Shown here piece after piece: positions 1-9,538 of a stretch of DNA of 64,000 nucleotides. This DNA comes from Coleofasciculus sp. B1-GNL1-01 (GTDB lineage: Bacteria; Cyanobacteriota; Cyanobacteriia; Cyanobacteriales; Coleofasciculaceae). The DNA is taken from NCBI GenBank assembly GCA_040220235.1, contig JAVJTO010000157.1. One strand, written 5' to 3'. Under the pieces are notes generated by a model. It was not told the DNA's origin, searched no databases, and saw only the letters and a program-made list of their open reading frames with translations. Numbering within the stretch: the first letter of the stretch is position 1; each line of letters starts with the position of its first letter. The position numbers were made by a program, and so were the translations under genes.

Positions 1-161
1 CTGGCACTTGGGTTAAGGCTTCCAGGAGATTGACCTTCATAGCAAGCAAATGACTCGATTAAACTATGGCTGCAAGATTTAGTTTACGCTAAATTCTGGT
101 CGTCCTAATTTTCTCTCATCACAATGAATTAGCCCTGCCCCGCTCCCCCTCACCACAGCAC

Positions 162-2741
162 TTAGCAGCCCCTATTTGTTGATAGCGCTAACATTCCATG
201 AATGGTGGACAAGGGAACCTGATAAAAATACTGACGCAAAAATTGTTCTTCTTCGACAGCCGATAAAAAGAGTTGAATGCTTTCCTTTGTGGTTGGATCG
301 ATCGCGTCTCCATCCCACTCCCCCATTGACCCACTGATTTGGATAGACCAGCCTTGGTGGGTTACCTGAAACCCTAACCCAGAAAGGGCGGTTAGTCCCC
401 GATGTAAGGTGCGATCGCTTAAGTCTAACTTGTCTTGCAATTGCCCTAGGGTAGCGGATTTCCCAGTACGACTGAGGAATTTAGCTAGTCCAACTAATTT
501 CTCCCACACCTGGCGGGAGGAGAGTTGAGGCGGTGGCGGATAGGCGATCGCTAATTTCCGTTCGCTTTGCATCGCCCGTCTAAACCAGAGTTGCAATTCA
601 TCCCAACTGGTGGGACATTCGCGAACGGTTAATGGATCACTGGGTTCAGGTGTGGGCGTTTCCTCTGGTTCGCCAACTAAGACGGGTGGAGTCAAAGGAT
701 TGGACATCGACAGCAGGTTCTCGCTATCCTCCTGCATTCCATCGCGCCAATCTACAATCCAATCCAGTTGACTGGGAAGATTAAATGAGGAAATCCTATC
801 CCCCGATTGAACGGCGACTAAGCGCACTTCGGGACGTTTTTTGAAGTTATTATAGTCCAGTTCCACAATCGCATTACATCGACCTTTGGGAACTTCATCG
901 CGATAATGTCCCCACCAGATACCGGGAAATCCCATACTTGTGGAATCATCCCAGATTTCTAATTCGGTTTTAATATATTGCACTTTTTTACCTTTCAAGT
1001 CCTGAGTATTACGATTCCAAACTGATTCAAACCAACAGTTTTCAATTAGCAATTTGGGAACCGGATTTCCCATGCCACAAGGTTCTAAGAGTTTAAGTTC
1101 CTGGAATAGCGGTTTGCCTAAAGCCGCAACCGTGACGACAATATCAGCGGTAACAACAGGGGCTAACAAGGCGTCTTGGGCGGCGACTTGTTGGCGTAAC
1201 TTTTGATTAATCCCTTCGCTAAATAAGGGAATATTTTCTACAGGCAAACTTAAGCCAGCAGCAAAAGGATGTCCGCCAAATCGGTGTAATAGGTGTTCTT
1301 GGGATTGGACTAATTCATACAGGTCTATTCCATTCACTGAACGGGCAGACCCTCTGGCGATCGGCGAAGTGGTGAGTTTTGACCCTTCGCCATCCTCGTA
1401 GGGAACCTGGTTTTGAGGGTGTAGGGGCGGGTTTAGGGAATTTCGTTGCCCTATTGGTGATAACCTTTGTTCAAAACCCGCCCTAACGGAGTGTTGAGTG
1501 AACTCTTCTTTCTCCTTTGTCTCCTCTGCACCTTCGTCGCCCCAATTTTCACCTGTACTTAATAAAACCGTCGGGCGTCCATATTCTTGGGCAATTTGAC
1601 CCGCAACTAAGCCTAAAACGCCTGCTGACCATTGGGGATCATCTAGAACAATAACACAGGTGGTTGAAAGGTCAAGTTGTGCCAGTTTTCGTTTAACCTG
1701 TTCCGTAATATCTTTCTGTAAGGATTTGCGGCGACTATTAGCTAATTCGGTTTCTAGGGCTAAGGTTTGAGTATAGGCTTCATCGCGACGGGTTAATAAT
1801 TCCACACAAAAAGACGCATCCCCCTGAATCCGACTGACTGCATTAATTCTTGGACCTAAGCCAAAGGAAATATCCGTAGGGCGATCGCCACTGCGCTGAC
1901 AGAGTTCTAAAAGTTTAGCTACACCGGGGCGGGTGCGGGTTTTCAATTGTTGCTGTAGCGTTTGAATTCCCCGTTGGGCTAAATAGCGACAATCACCACT
2001 CAGTTGGACTAAATCAGCAATTAAACCAATTGCTACTAAATCTAATAAGTCCTCTAACGGTTGTTGAGGACTATCCGGTAATGTTTGATAAAGTGCCTCG
2101 ACTAATTTATACGCTACCGCCACACCAGAGAGATGAAACAGGGGATGGGTTTCGACAAAATAGCGAGGATTAATAATCGAAACAACGTTCGGTCGCTCCT
2201 CTGGTAAAGTATGATGATCGGTAATAATGATGTCTATTCCTAACTGATCAGCATAGTCAATTTCGCTGAGATTGGTGCTGCCTGTATCGCAGGTGACAAT
2301 CAGTTGAGTTCCCGATTCTGCTAGTTGGTCAATTCCCGAACAATTCAACCCGTGAGATTCGGTGAGACGATTGGGAATATAATAGGTGAGGTATTGATTC
2401 TGCGGCAAAAACTGCCCCAATCCGTCCCATAAAACGCTGGTTGCGGTAATTCCATCGGCGTCAAAGTCTCCCCAAATTGCTACTTTTTCCCCCTTATCCC
2501 GCGCTTGTTGCAATCGCTGTACCGCCCGTTTCATTTCCTGACCAAATTCAAAGGGACTCGCGGGTTGATATAAGTCGGGATTAATAAATCCAGCTAATTG
2601 ATTTAACTCCCGAATTCCGCGTTGCCATAGTAATTGGGCGGCGTAATATCCTTCTGATGCGGGGGTGTAGGATTTAACCGCATCCAGGAACCATTGGGGA
2701 ACATCTGGAGAGGGTTGAACGTGCCATTGGGGTTGAGGCAT
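162..2741 (-). CDS. recJ: ssDNA-specific exonuclease RecJ (long cyanobacterial form) with a ~65-aa insertion
   Basis: DHH motifs GDFDADG, TCDTG, TDHH, GLIADLV and DHHA1 motifs RGSARS, FGGHPFAAG. Confidence 0.95.
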   Translation of the reverse strand: MPQPQWHVQPSPDVPQWFLDAVKSYTPASEGYYAAQLLWQRGIRELNQLAGFINPDLYQPASPFEFGQEMKRAVQRLQQARDKGEKVAIWGDFDADGITATSVLWDGLGQFLPQNQYLTYYIPNRLTESHGLNCSGIDQLAESGTQLIVTCDTGSTNLSEIDYADQLGIDIIITDHHTLPEERPNVVSIINPRYFVETHPLFHLSGVAVAYKLVEALYQTLPDSPQQPLEDLLDLVAIGLIADLVQLSGDCRYLAQRGIQTLQQQLKTRTRPGVAKLLELCQRSGDRPTDISFGLGPRINAVSRIQGDASFCVELLTRRDEAYTQTLALETELANSRRKSLQKDITEQVKRKLAQLDLSTTCVIVLDDPQWSAGVLGLVAGQIAQEYGRPTVLLSTGENWGDEGAEETKEKEEFTQHSVRAGFEQRLSPIGQRNSLNPPLHPQNQVPYEDGEGSKLTTSPIARGSARSVNGIDLYELVQSQEHLLHRFGGHPFAAGLSLPVENIPLFSEGINQKLRQQVAAQDALLAPVVTADIVVTVAALGKPLFQELKLLEPCGMGNPVPKLLIENCWFESVWNRNTQDLKGKKVQYIKTELEIWDDSTSMGFPGIWWGHYRDEVPKGRCNAIVELDYNNFKKRPEVRLVAVQSGDRISSFNLPSQLDWIVDWRDGMQEDSENLLSMSNPLTPPVLVGEPEETPTPEPSDPLTVRECPTSWDELQLWFRRAMQSERKLAIAYPPPPQLSSRQVWEKLVGLAKFLSRTGKSATLGQLQDKLDLSDRTLHRGLTALSGLGFQVTHQGWSIQISGSMGEWDGDAIDPTTKESIQLFLSAVEEEQFLRQYFYQVPLSTIHGMLALSTNRGC
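1421..1484. repeat. GTAGGGGCGGGTTT-N38-AAAACCCGCCC inverted-repeat element inside recJ
   Basis: Same arms as intergenic copies at 8746, 29161, 30155(rc), 35477, 36482(rc), 48760. Confidence 0.85.
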
Positions 2742-2871
2742 AAGTCGGCGGGGAGGAGAGTTAGGGGAGACAGTTGACGGTTCGACGGCGTGAGTTGAAA
2801 CAACGCCCCTATGAAAATCTTAGCCTGTTTTATGCGGGAAATAAGCGGTCACGCCTTTAAATTGGGTACAG

Positions 2872-2973
2872 TAAGTAGGTGGACACAATTAATGGGAACG
2901 GTGAAGAACTCGCTGTCGCGAGTATAACAAATGACGATCTTCACTGTTAACTGTTATTTTCTCTACCTACTTA
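2872..2973. mobile_element. MITE-like element with TAAGTAGGT/ACCTACTTA termini
   Basis: Terminal inverted repeats; related copy at 56166-56294 shares AGTAGGTGGACACAATTAA. Confidence 0.55.
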
Positions 2974-3132
2974 AGGTGATTAAATCTAAATCCGTCAGGT
3001 ATCCAGGGATTATCCCGATTAATTTATTGACTTGAGGTTAATTAAAATGGCATCGACTTAAGCTGAGTTCAGAGTCAGCAGTTTAGGGCTAGAAGCGAAG
3101 ACAGCACGTATAGCAATAGGACACATCATTTA

Positions 3133-3162
3133 TGTAGAGACGCGCCATGGCGCGTCTCTACA
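3133..3162. repeat. Perfect GTAG-type palindrome TGTAGAGACGCGCCATGGCGCGTCTCTACA
   Basis: Recurs at 17784-17811, partially near 15591 and 29263; variants near 37298, 54023, 55081. Confidence 0.85.
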
Positions 3163-3244
3163 ATGGTGCTTAAGGGGATACCGCTTACATGAATAAGGGC
3201 GCACTGATGTGCGCCCCTACGTGTTTATGGCAGTTTAGGATTAA

Positions 3245-6232
3245 TTAAACGAAACTAAAGGTGGAACTCTCTAAACTTAGAGAAGAAACATTCTGAACAA
3301 TCCCGATTAATTCATCGGACGTTCCCAAATCCCGGTAGATTCCGGTTCCTTCCGGTAAACTACCAGACGTTGCCATTAACTGATAGTCAGCCGCACTTCC
3401 AGCCAGTTGAATCATATCTTGACTGACATCAAAGTCCATAATCAAGGCGTAATCATCCACCCCATTGTCGGCGTATAATGCCCCGGTTCCATCTCCTAAG
3501 ATAAAGGTATCGACATTGGCAGTTCCGGTCAGAGTATCTACCTCTCCGACACTGGGATCAGTCCCAGTAATCTCGTCCGTTGCACTCTGTTCGTACACTT
3601 GAATATTACGGAACTGACTCGCTGCATTGGGATTTTTCACATCATGGTCATTTCCTAATACCAAGTAATTCATTTGACCTGTGAAGAAATCGCCAACCCG
3701 GATTTGATAGGATTGCCACTCACCAGCAGTATCGCTGTAATTATTGAAGCCTTTGATGCCCCAGGATTGAGTACCGTCTTCATTGCCATCCCAGGTAAAG
3801 TCAACCAAGGCGTTTTTATCTTGGTTCCCCGCGTAGGAGATTAAGGCGTAACTATTGGTTACTTCATCGGTGGTGATGTTTAATTCCGTGGGGAAATCAT
3901 CTTTAACAATTGTTGCCACACCTTGACTATTATCTAAGATAGCGTTGTTGGGATTACTCAGATTCAAGGCAAAGGTTTCATCATCCTCAAATGCTGTATC
4001 GCCAATGACGTCAACATTTATCGTTTGACTGGTTTGACCAGGGGCAAAGGTTAGCGTACCATTGATAGCTGTATAATCACGCTTCACCGTGGCGCTATTA
4101 TCGGCAGTGGTATAGTCTACGGTAACGGTTTCGTGAAAGGCTTGGGAAAGGTTAACTGTAAATTCAGCATTGGTGATGCCACTGTCACCTTCTGTGAGGC
4201 TGATATTCTCTATGGAGAGACTCGGCAAGTCATTATTTTCAATCGTAACCGTTCCTTGATTATCCGCGATCGCACCATTAATCGCGTTACTGAGATTCAG
4301 AACCAAGCTTTCATCAGTTTCTATCTTGGTATCGCCGGAAATCTCTACATTGACGGTTTTCGTGGTTTCACCGGGGTCAAAGGTTAGGATACCGTTTGTG
4401 GCGATATAGTCTTCACCTGCGATCGCACTTTCATCTGAGGTATGGTAGTCTACACTAACCACCTCACTATAGGCATCGGACAGGTTAACGGTAAAGTTAG
4501 CGTATTGGCTACCATTATCTCCCTCAGTCAGGGTGACATCATCCACCGTAATTTCTGGTGGTACAACTAAGCGATTGCGAAAATCAACCTTAGCTTGGGT
4601 TTCACCAGGATTGAGGGTAACGGTATGGGTTCCAGGAATTTCCGTGTAATCGCCAACGCCAATCTTAATGTTATATCCACCTGTGCTATAGCCGGAACCA
4701 CTATTTGCCACAAACGGATCATACCAATTGCCAGAACTACTCACCCCGATATAATAAGTACCGGATTCAAGGGCGGTAAAGTCGAGATAAGGATCAAATC
4801 CTGATTCCACTTCCCCAGGTGCAGATTCGTTGTCACTCCAGGCGATGTCATATCCCCTAGCATCAAACAGGTACAATTGGGCGTCAAGTTGAGAACCTAC
4901 CTGCCAAGCATCAATATCAACGGTAACTCGTTCTCCGGCTTCCAGGTTAACTTTATAGAAATCAACATCAGATTCCGCCATCGTCGGGTTGTCGGGATAG
5001 CCATTATCGCCAATGATGGCGGTATCGGTAAAGACACCAGGAGTCGTGGAACTTAACCCAGTTGCGATCGCGTTAAAAATGGTATCGTTAGATTCATCGG
5101 GTCCTCGATTATCGTCAATGTCGATCGTTACCTGGTATGCCCCAGTCTTACCCCAACCATTGCCACTATTTGGCACAACGGGGTCATACGTCAAATTATC
5201 CGCGCCACTAATTCCCACATAATAGGTATCACTGTGGAATGCTTCAAACTCGATATAAGGTTCCCATACCGACTCACCTGGCGCTAAATCAGTGATACTG
5301 AACGCCACTTCCTCGCCAGTGGAATTAAATAGCCGTAATGCTGTATCTAACCGGGAGTCAAATACCTCATCGATGTCAATCGTAACCCGTTGTCCTTGGT
5401 TAAGCTGGAAGGCAATCACATCCACATCCGACTCTGGATGATTCGGATTATCGCCAATGATGCCAATATCGGTAAACGTACCGGGATTTGTACCCGTCAA
5501 ACCACTCTGTAGCGCCTGGGCGATCGTATCATTGGATTCATAACTGAGATCCCTTTGACTCACGCCAACGTCATCTCCACCTAGGGCAGAGATATCATAA
5601 GGTAAGCTAATTGTCCGCTGGAATACCCCATTTTGATCCAAAACATCAATGGTTTGATCTCCCATGAAGGAGTCAACATAGATTTCGTTGTTAACAACAG
5701 CGACTCCGCCTAAAAGATTTGTTGTCCCGGTAAAAAAGGTATCGCTAATTACGCCAGTGTTTGGATCAATGGCAAATATCGTATCCTGGTCATTAGTAAC
5801 CAGCAACTGATTCGGATTCGTCATCGCCCCCAGTCCACCAACCCTGTCGATACCGGAATTAATCACATCGATATTGAGAATGTTGGTAACTGTATCGCTG
5901 TTGGGGTCAAATTCGATAATATCCTTACGCTGGTAGTCTAAGAGATAGACCTTACCACCCAACGCCGCTAACCCATCAATCGCATCCATTCCCCCCGGAA
6001 TTACATCGGAATCAATCACTGTTCCGGTATCCGGATTTAGTTCCCACAAGGAATCGAAACCATTGGTAAAGAATAGGCTATTACCATCGTAGGCTAAACC
6101 ATCCGATCCTTCACTCACCCAATCTGGCGCAGCGAAACGGTTGATTTCTGCACCCGTTAACGGATTTAACTCAACAATGTGATCTGACCCATCCATGGGT
6201 GTAGCAAATAACCGTATAATTGCCGTCTTCAT
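3245..6232 (-). CDS. Large acidic secreted/surface protein (propeller-like region, two PPC/DVUA0089-like repeats, two Calx-beta domains, RTX-type C-terminus); true start uncertain
   Basis: Two ESNDTI...DVD...IDID repeats; Calx-beta signatures VDYHTSDESAIAGEDY and LTFAPGQTSQTI; C-terminal DTLTG..DTFILGD..IMDFD. Confidence 0.8.
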   Translation of the reverse strand: MKTAIIRLFATPMDGSDHIVELNPLTGAEINRFAAPDWVSEGSDGLAYDGNSLFFTNGFDSLWELNPDTGTVIDSDVIPGGMDAIDGLAALGGKVYLLDYQRKDIIEFDPNSDTVTNILNIDVINSGIDRVGGLGAMTNPNQLLVTNDQDTIFAIDPNTGVISDTFFTGTTNLLGGVAVVNNEIYVDSFMGDQTIDVLDQNGVFQRTISLPYDISALGGDDVGVSQRDLSYESNDTIAQALQSGLTGTNPGTFTDIGIIGDNPNHPESDVDVIAFQLNQGQRVTIDIDEVFDSRLDTALRLFNSTGEEVAFSITDLAPGESVWEPYIEFEAFHSDTYYVGISGADNLTYDPVVPNSGNGWGKTGAYQVTIDIDDNRGPDESNDTIFNAIATGLSSTTPGVFTDTAIIGDNGYPDNPTMAESDVDFYKVNLEAGERVTVDIDAWQVGSQLDAQLYLFDARGYDIAWSDNESAPGEVESGFDPYLDFTALESGTYYIGVSSSGNWYDPFVANSGSGYSTGGYNIKIGVGDYTEIPGTHTVTLNPGETQAKVDFRNRLVVPPEITVDDVTLTEGDNGSQYANFTVNLSDAYSEVVSVDYHTSDESAIAGEDYIATNGILTFDPGETTKTVNVEISGDTKIETDESLVLNLSNAINGAIADNQGTVTIENNDLPSLSIENISLTEGDSGITNAEFTVNLSQAFHETVTVDYTTADNSATVKRDYTAINGTLTFAPGQTSQTINVDVIGDTAFEDDETFALNLSNPNNAILDNSQGVATIVKDDFPTELNITTDEVTNSYALISYAGNQDKNALVDFTWDGNEDGTQSWGIKGFNNYSDTAGEWQSYQIRVGDFFTGQMNYLVLGNDHDVKNPNAASQFRNIQVYEQSATDEITGTDPSVGEVDTLTGTANVDTFILGDGTGALYADNGVDDYALIMDFDVSQDMIQLAGSAADYQLMATSGSLPEGTGIYRDLGTSDELIGIVQNVSSLSLESSTFSFV

Positions 6233-6383
6233 CGGTTAGCGTTGAACGTTCGCCGACATCGAATTTACCATTGTGATTGTCATCCAGGTAAACTGTCCCA
6301 CCTGCGATTTCCGGTTCAAAACTATCCTGGAATCCATTACCATTCAGGTTATGCCAAAGCTTGCCATTAATCTCAGAGTTCAT
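6171..6383 (-). pseudogene. Out-of-frame N-terminal SdrD-B-like fragment of the adjacent surface protein
   Basis: GKLWHNLNGNGFQDSFEPEIAGGTVYLDDNHNGKFDVGERSTLTDEDGNYT; overlaps the start of the large ORF in another frame. Confidence 0.7.
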
Positions 6384-6734
6384 GGGTATTGATGCTGGGT
6401 AAAACGAATACTGCTGGGACTAAGACGTTTAAATCTCAGCGAATGTGAATTTTATTTACTTAAGTTTAATTCTGTAAATTATAAGATTATGTGAAATTAC
6501 CTCTGTTTTTTATGAAGATTTGGTAAAGTTTTGAGGACATTAAAGTTTTTTTGCTACGGACAGGTAAACCTATTTTTTTTTGTAAATAAATATAACAATC
6601 TCTCGCTTTTTGCATAAAATTGGTGGGTTAATCGAGAGTAATAAGTAGAACTGAATTTTGCAAATTGATACCTTCAGGTACTTTCAGAGCCAGATTTTTC
6701 AGTTCGTTCATAACTATCAAGGTGTACTTCAACC

Positions 6735-8492
6735 ATGATGACTGCTCACAAAATTCGTCAAACGCTTCTCACTCTAACCAGTTTTGCTACGTTAGGATTT
6801 GCTGTATCCCTACCCGCCCAAGCCATAGAATTTAGGTCGATTGATGGGTCAAACAACAACCTGGATAATCCGACTTGGGGTGAAGCCGAAATTGAACTGA
6901 TTCGACTCCTCGAACCCGATTACAGTGACGGAATTTCCGCGCCTGCGGGGATGAATCGCCCCAACCCTCGCGCCATCAGCAACGCGATCGCCTCTCAATC
7001 CGAATCACTTCCCAATCCCTTTAACGCAAGCGATTGGCTATGGCAATGGGGACAATTCGTAGATCATGACCTCGACTTGACTGATCCGCCTGCGGGTGCA
7101 GAATTTTTACCCATCCCCGTTCCTAGTAATGATCCGATATTTCCACCTGGATCAATTATCCCCTTCCGCAGAAATGCACCCGCCCCAGGAACAGGTACAG
7201 ATACCAATAATCCTCGCCAACAAGTTAACGCGATTACCGCTTATATTGATGGGTCAAGTGTCTATGGTTCAGACTTAGAACGGGCGAATTTTTTACGATC
7301 TGGAGAAGGTGGAAAACTGAAAACCAGTGCTGGGAATCTGTTACCATTTAATACCGCAAATTTGCATAATGCCAATCCCTTTCATGTCAGCCCTGAGGAA
7401 CTATTTATTGCTGGGGATGTGCGGGCAAATGAACAGATTGCTTTAACGGCGGTTCACACGCTTTTTGTCCGGGAACACAATCGATTAGCCGAGGAAATTG
7501 CCGCTGATCCAACAACGTCTCAAAAAGCCGCTGATGCGGGACTTTCTGTAGACGACTATATCTATCAAACCACCCGCCGGATTGTCGGTGCCCAAATTCA
7601 GGCAATTACCTACAATGAGTTTCTGCCTTTACTCTTAGGTGAAGCGGCAATTGATCCCTATAGCGGCTACGATGAAACGGTAAATCCTAGCATCAGCAAC
7701 GAATTTTCCACTGCCGCCTATCGAGTCGGTCATACAATGTTATCTCCAGAACTGCAACGGATCAATAATGATGGCACATCGGCGGGAAGTATTTCATTGA
7801 GAGACAGCTTTTTTAAACCTCAAGAAATTACCGAGAATGGGATTGATTCCTTACTATTAGGATTAGCCTCTCAGAAAGCCCAAACCATCGATGCATTTTT
7901 AGTCGATGATGTTCGCAATTCCCTCTTCCCTGCTGGGAACGGCGGACTGGATTTAGCTGCTGTAAATATTCAACGGGGACGCGACCACGGACTTCCCGGT
8001 TATAATGAAGCGCGTCAGGCGTTAGGATTAGGCGAATATACCAGTTTCGATCAAATTACATCCGACGCCGAAATTGCCCAGCGCTTCCGAGATATTTACG
8101 GCACAACCGATGGTCAGGATAACATTGATTTAGTTGATTTGTGGATTGGGGGAATTGCTGAAGACGCCTATAATGGCGGAATGGTTGGCGAATTGTTCAA
8201 TGTTATTATCTCCGATCAATTCCAGCGTTTACAGGATGGCGATCGCTTCTTTTATCTAGCCGATCAGGATCTCCTAAGTTTAGTCCCGGATATTGGCGAT
8301 ACAACCCTTTCGGATATTATTGTTCGCAATACGGATATTACCACGATTCAGGATAATGCCTTCATTGTCGCCAAAGATGTACCAGAACCTTCTGCACTAT
8401 TCGGATTGTTTTTAATTGGGGTGTTTGGCGGTAGTTTGGGGCAATTGCGTCAGCGCAAATCTGCCAACCCAGGACATTCCCAATCCATCTAG
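6735..8492 (+). CDS. Secreted heme peroxidase (peroxidase-cyclooxygenase superfamily) with PEP-CTERM sorting signal
   Basis: Signal peptide; WGQFVDHD, GDVRANE, YRVGH, NIQRGRDHG motifs; VPEP + TM + basic tail. Confidence 0.92.
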   Translation: MMTAHKIRQTLLTLTSFATLGFAVSLPAQAIEFRSIDGSNNNLDNPTWGEAEIELIRLLEPDYSDGISAPAGMNRPNPRAISNAIASQSESLPNPFNASDWLWQWGQFVDHDLDLTDPPAGAEFLPIPVPSNDPIFPPGSIIPFRRNAPAPGTGTDTNNPRQQVNAITAYIDGSSVYGSDLERANFLRSGEGGKLKTSAGNLLPFNTANLHNANPFHVSPEELFIAGDVRANEQIALTAVHTLFVREHNRLAEEIAADPTTSQKAADAGLSVDDYIYQTTRRIVGAQIQAITYNEFLPLLLGEAAIDPYSGYDETVNPSISNEFSTAAYRVGHTMLSPELQRINNDGTSAGSISLRDSFFKPQEITENGIDSLLLGLASQKAQTIDAFLVDDVRNSLFPAGNGGLDLAAVNIQRGRDHGLPGYNEARQALGLGEYTSFDQITSDAEIAQRFRDIYGTTDGQDNIDLVDLWIGGIAEDAYNGGMVGELFNVIISDQFQRLQDGDRFFYLADQDLLSLVPDIGDTTLSDIIVRNTDITTIQDNAFIVAKDVPEPSALFGLFLIGVFGGSLGQLRQRKSANPGHSQSI

Positions 8493-8745
8493 CGGTTCAT
8501 GCTGTAGGGGTGCACGCTCCGTCCCGGTTCCCTCCCCTTGGTAAGGGGAGGGTTAGAGTGGGGTAGAGTCAAGGTATTGCTTGGGTTTTCCACTTAAGTT
8601 GACACCAATGACGCTCCGTGCGCCCTGATCAAGGTATCGCCTCAGACTGTAAAGGCTTTAGCCTGAGATTTTGTTGGGTAACAGGCGTCAAACCAACCTA
8701 CGACCTATCTATCCAGTAATTTGAATTATTTATTGCCAGTCAATT

Positions 8746-8808
8746 GTAGGGGCGGGTTTAGGGAATCAATTCTGCTATTCCCCAATCAATGAACAACAAA
8801 ACCCGCCC
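8746..8808. repeat. GTAGGGGCGGGTTT-N38-AAAACCCGCCC element
   Basis: Arms match the other copies in the window. Confidence 0.85.
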
Positions 8809-8824
8809 GGGTCGCTTATGTTAC

Positions 8825-8883
8825 AGTTTTTCAGTGCTGCTAACATCTTAAGATGAAAACATTAACCAATAAAACCTTTATTA
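8825..8883 (+). repeat. Left copy of a 59-bp imperfect direct repeat (25 bp identical) of the SDR gene 5' end
   Basis: ACATTAACCAATAAAACCTTTATTA at 8859-8883 and 10791-10815; AGTTTTTCAGT at equal distance upstream of both. Confidence 0.85.
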
Positions 8884-9100
8884 AGCTGTCACGCATTTAA
8901 ATTGGGAATGGGTAGCGAGCAAGATGCTCGCACTACTGTTCCCTGTCGGTTCTGGCGGTTCGGGAGCAAAAAAATAAGTGTCGGACTTAAGCACACAGGT
9001 CATTTAGGGTAGGGGCACGATATTATCGTGCCCCTACAAGTGGCTTGAAGAGTTTCCCAACACCCGACACCCGACACCCTACCCCCTATTTACTTTTTAG

Positions 9101-9376
9101 CTATCTTACCCGCCCATTAAGCTTATCGAGTCTATCATTGGCATCTTTTGACAGCTTGAGACAATAGCCAGTCGATGCTAGACCCCCAGTCGCGGTGATG
9201 GTTCCCTCATTCGCTTTGCCCAGAAGGACAAGACCAACTCCCGCAAAACTGATTAGAATGCAAGTTGTAGTTGTCATAAGAGCCAGGTTAAAACTCTGAC
9301 GGGCTTGACGTAATCGTTCTTGGGCAATAATCAGTTCGATGGTGGAGTCAGAGTTAGGGGTTAGGTTGTCATTCAT
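9101..9376 (-). CDS. Small two-TM protein resembling the cyanobacterial TRADD-N-associated membrane domain
   Basis: QERLRQARQSFNLAL, two hydrophobic segments, KDANDRLD tail; divergent from the TRADD-N-like gene. Confidence 0.7.
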   Translation of the reverse strand: MNDNLTPNSDSTIELIIAQERLRQARQSFNLALMTTTTCILISFAGVGLVLLGKANEGTITATGGLASTGYCLKLSKDANDRLDKLNGRVR

Positions 9377-9538
9377 CGGTTTCGTTGTGCCTAAACTTCA
9401 TAGTTCTAATATGGCTCTAAATCCTTGAAACCCAGACTACACAATGATTTAATTGCCAATCACTTGTGATTTCTCTATGATTGTTCTATGCCCTAGTTGT
9501 GATGGAGTAAGCGATCGCTTCTTGAGTTTCCCCAGATT

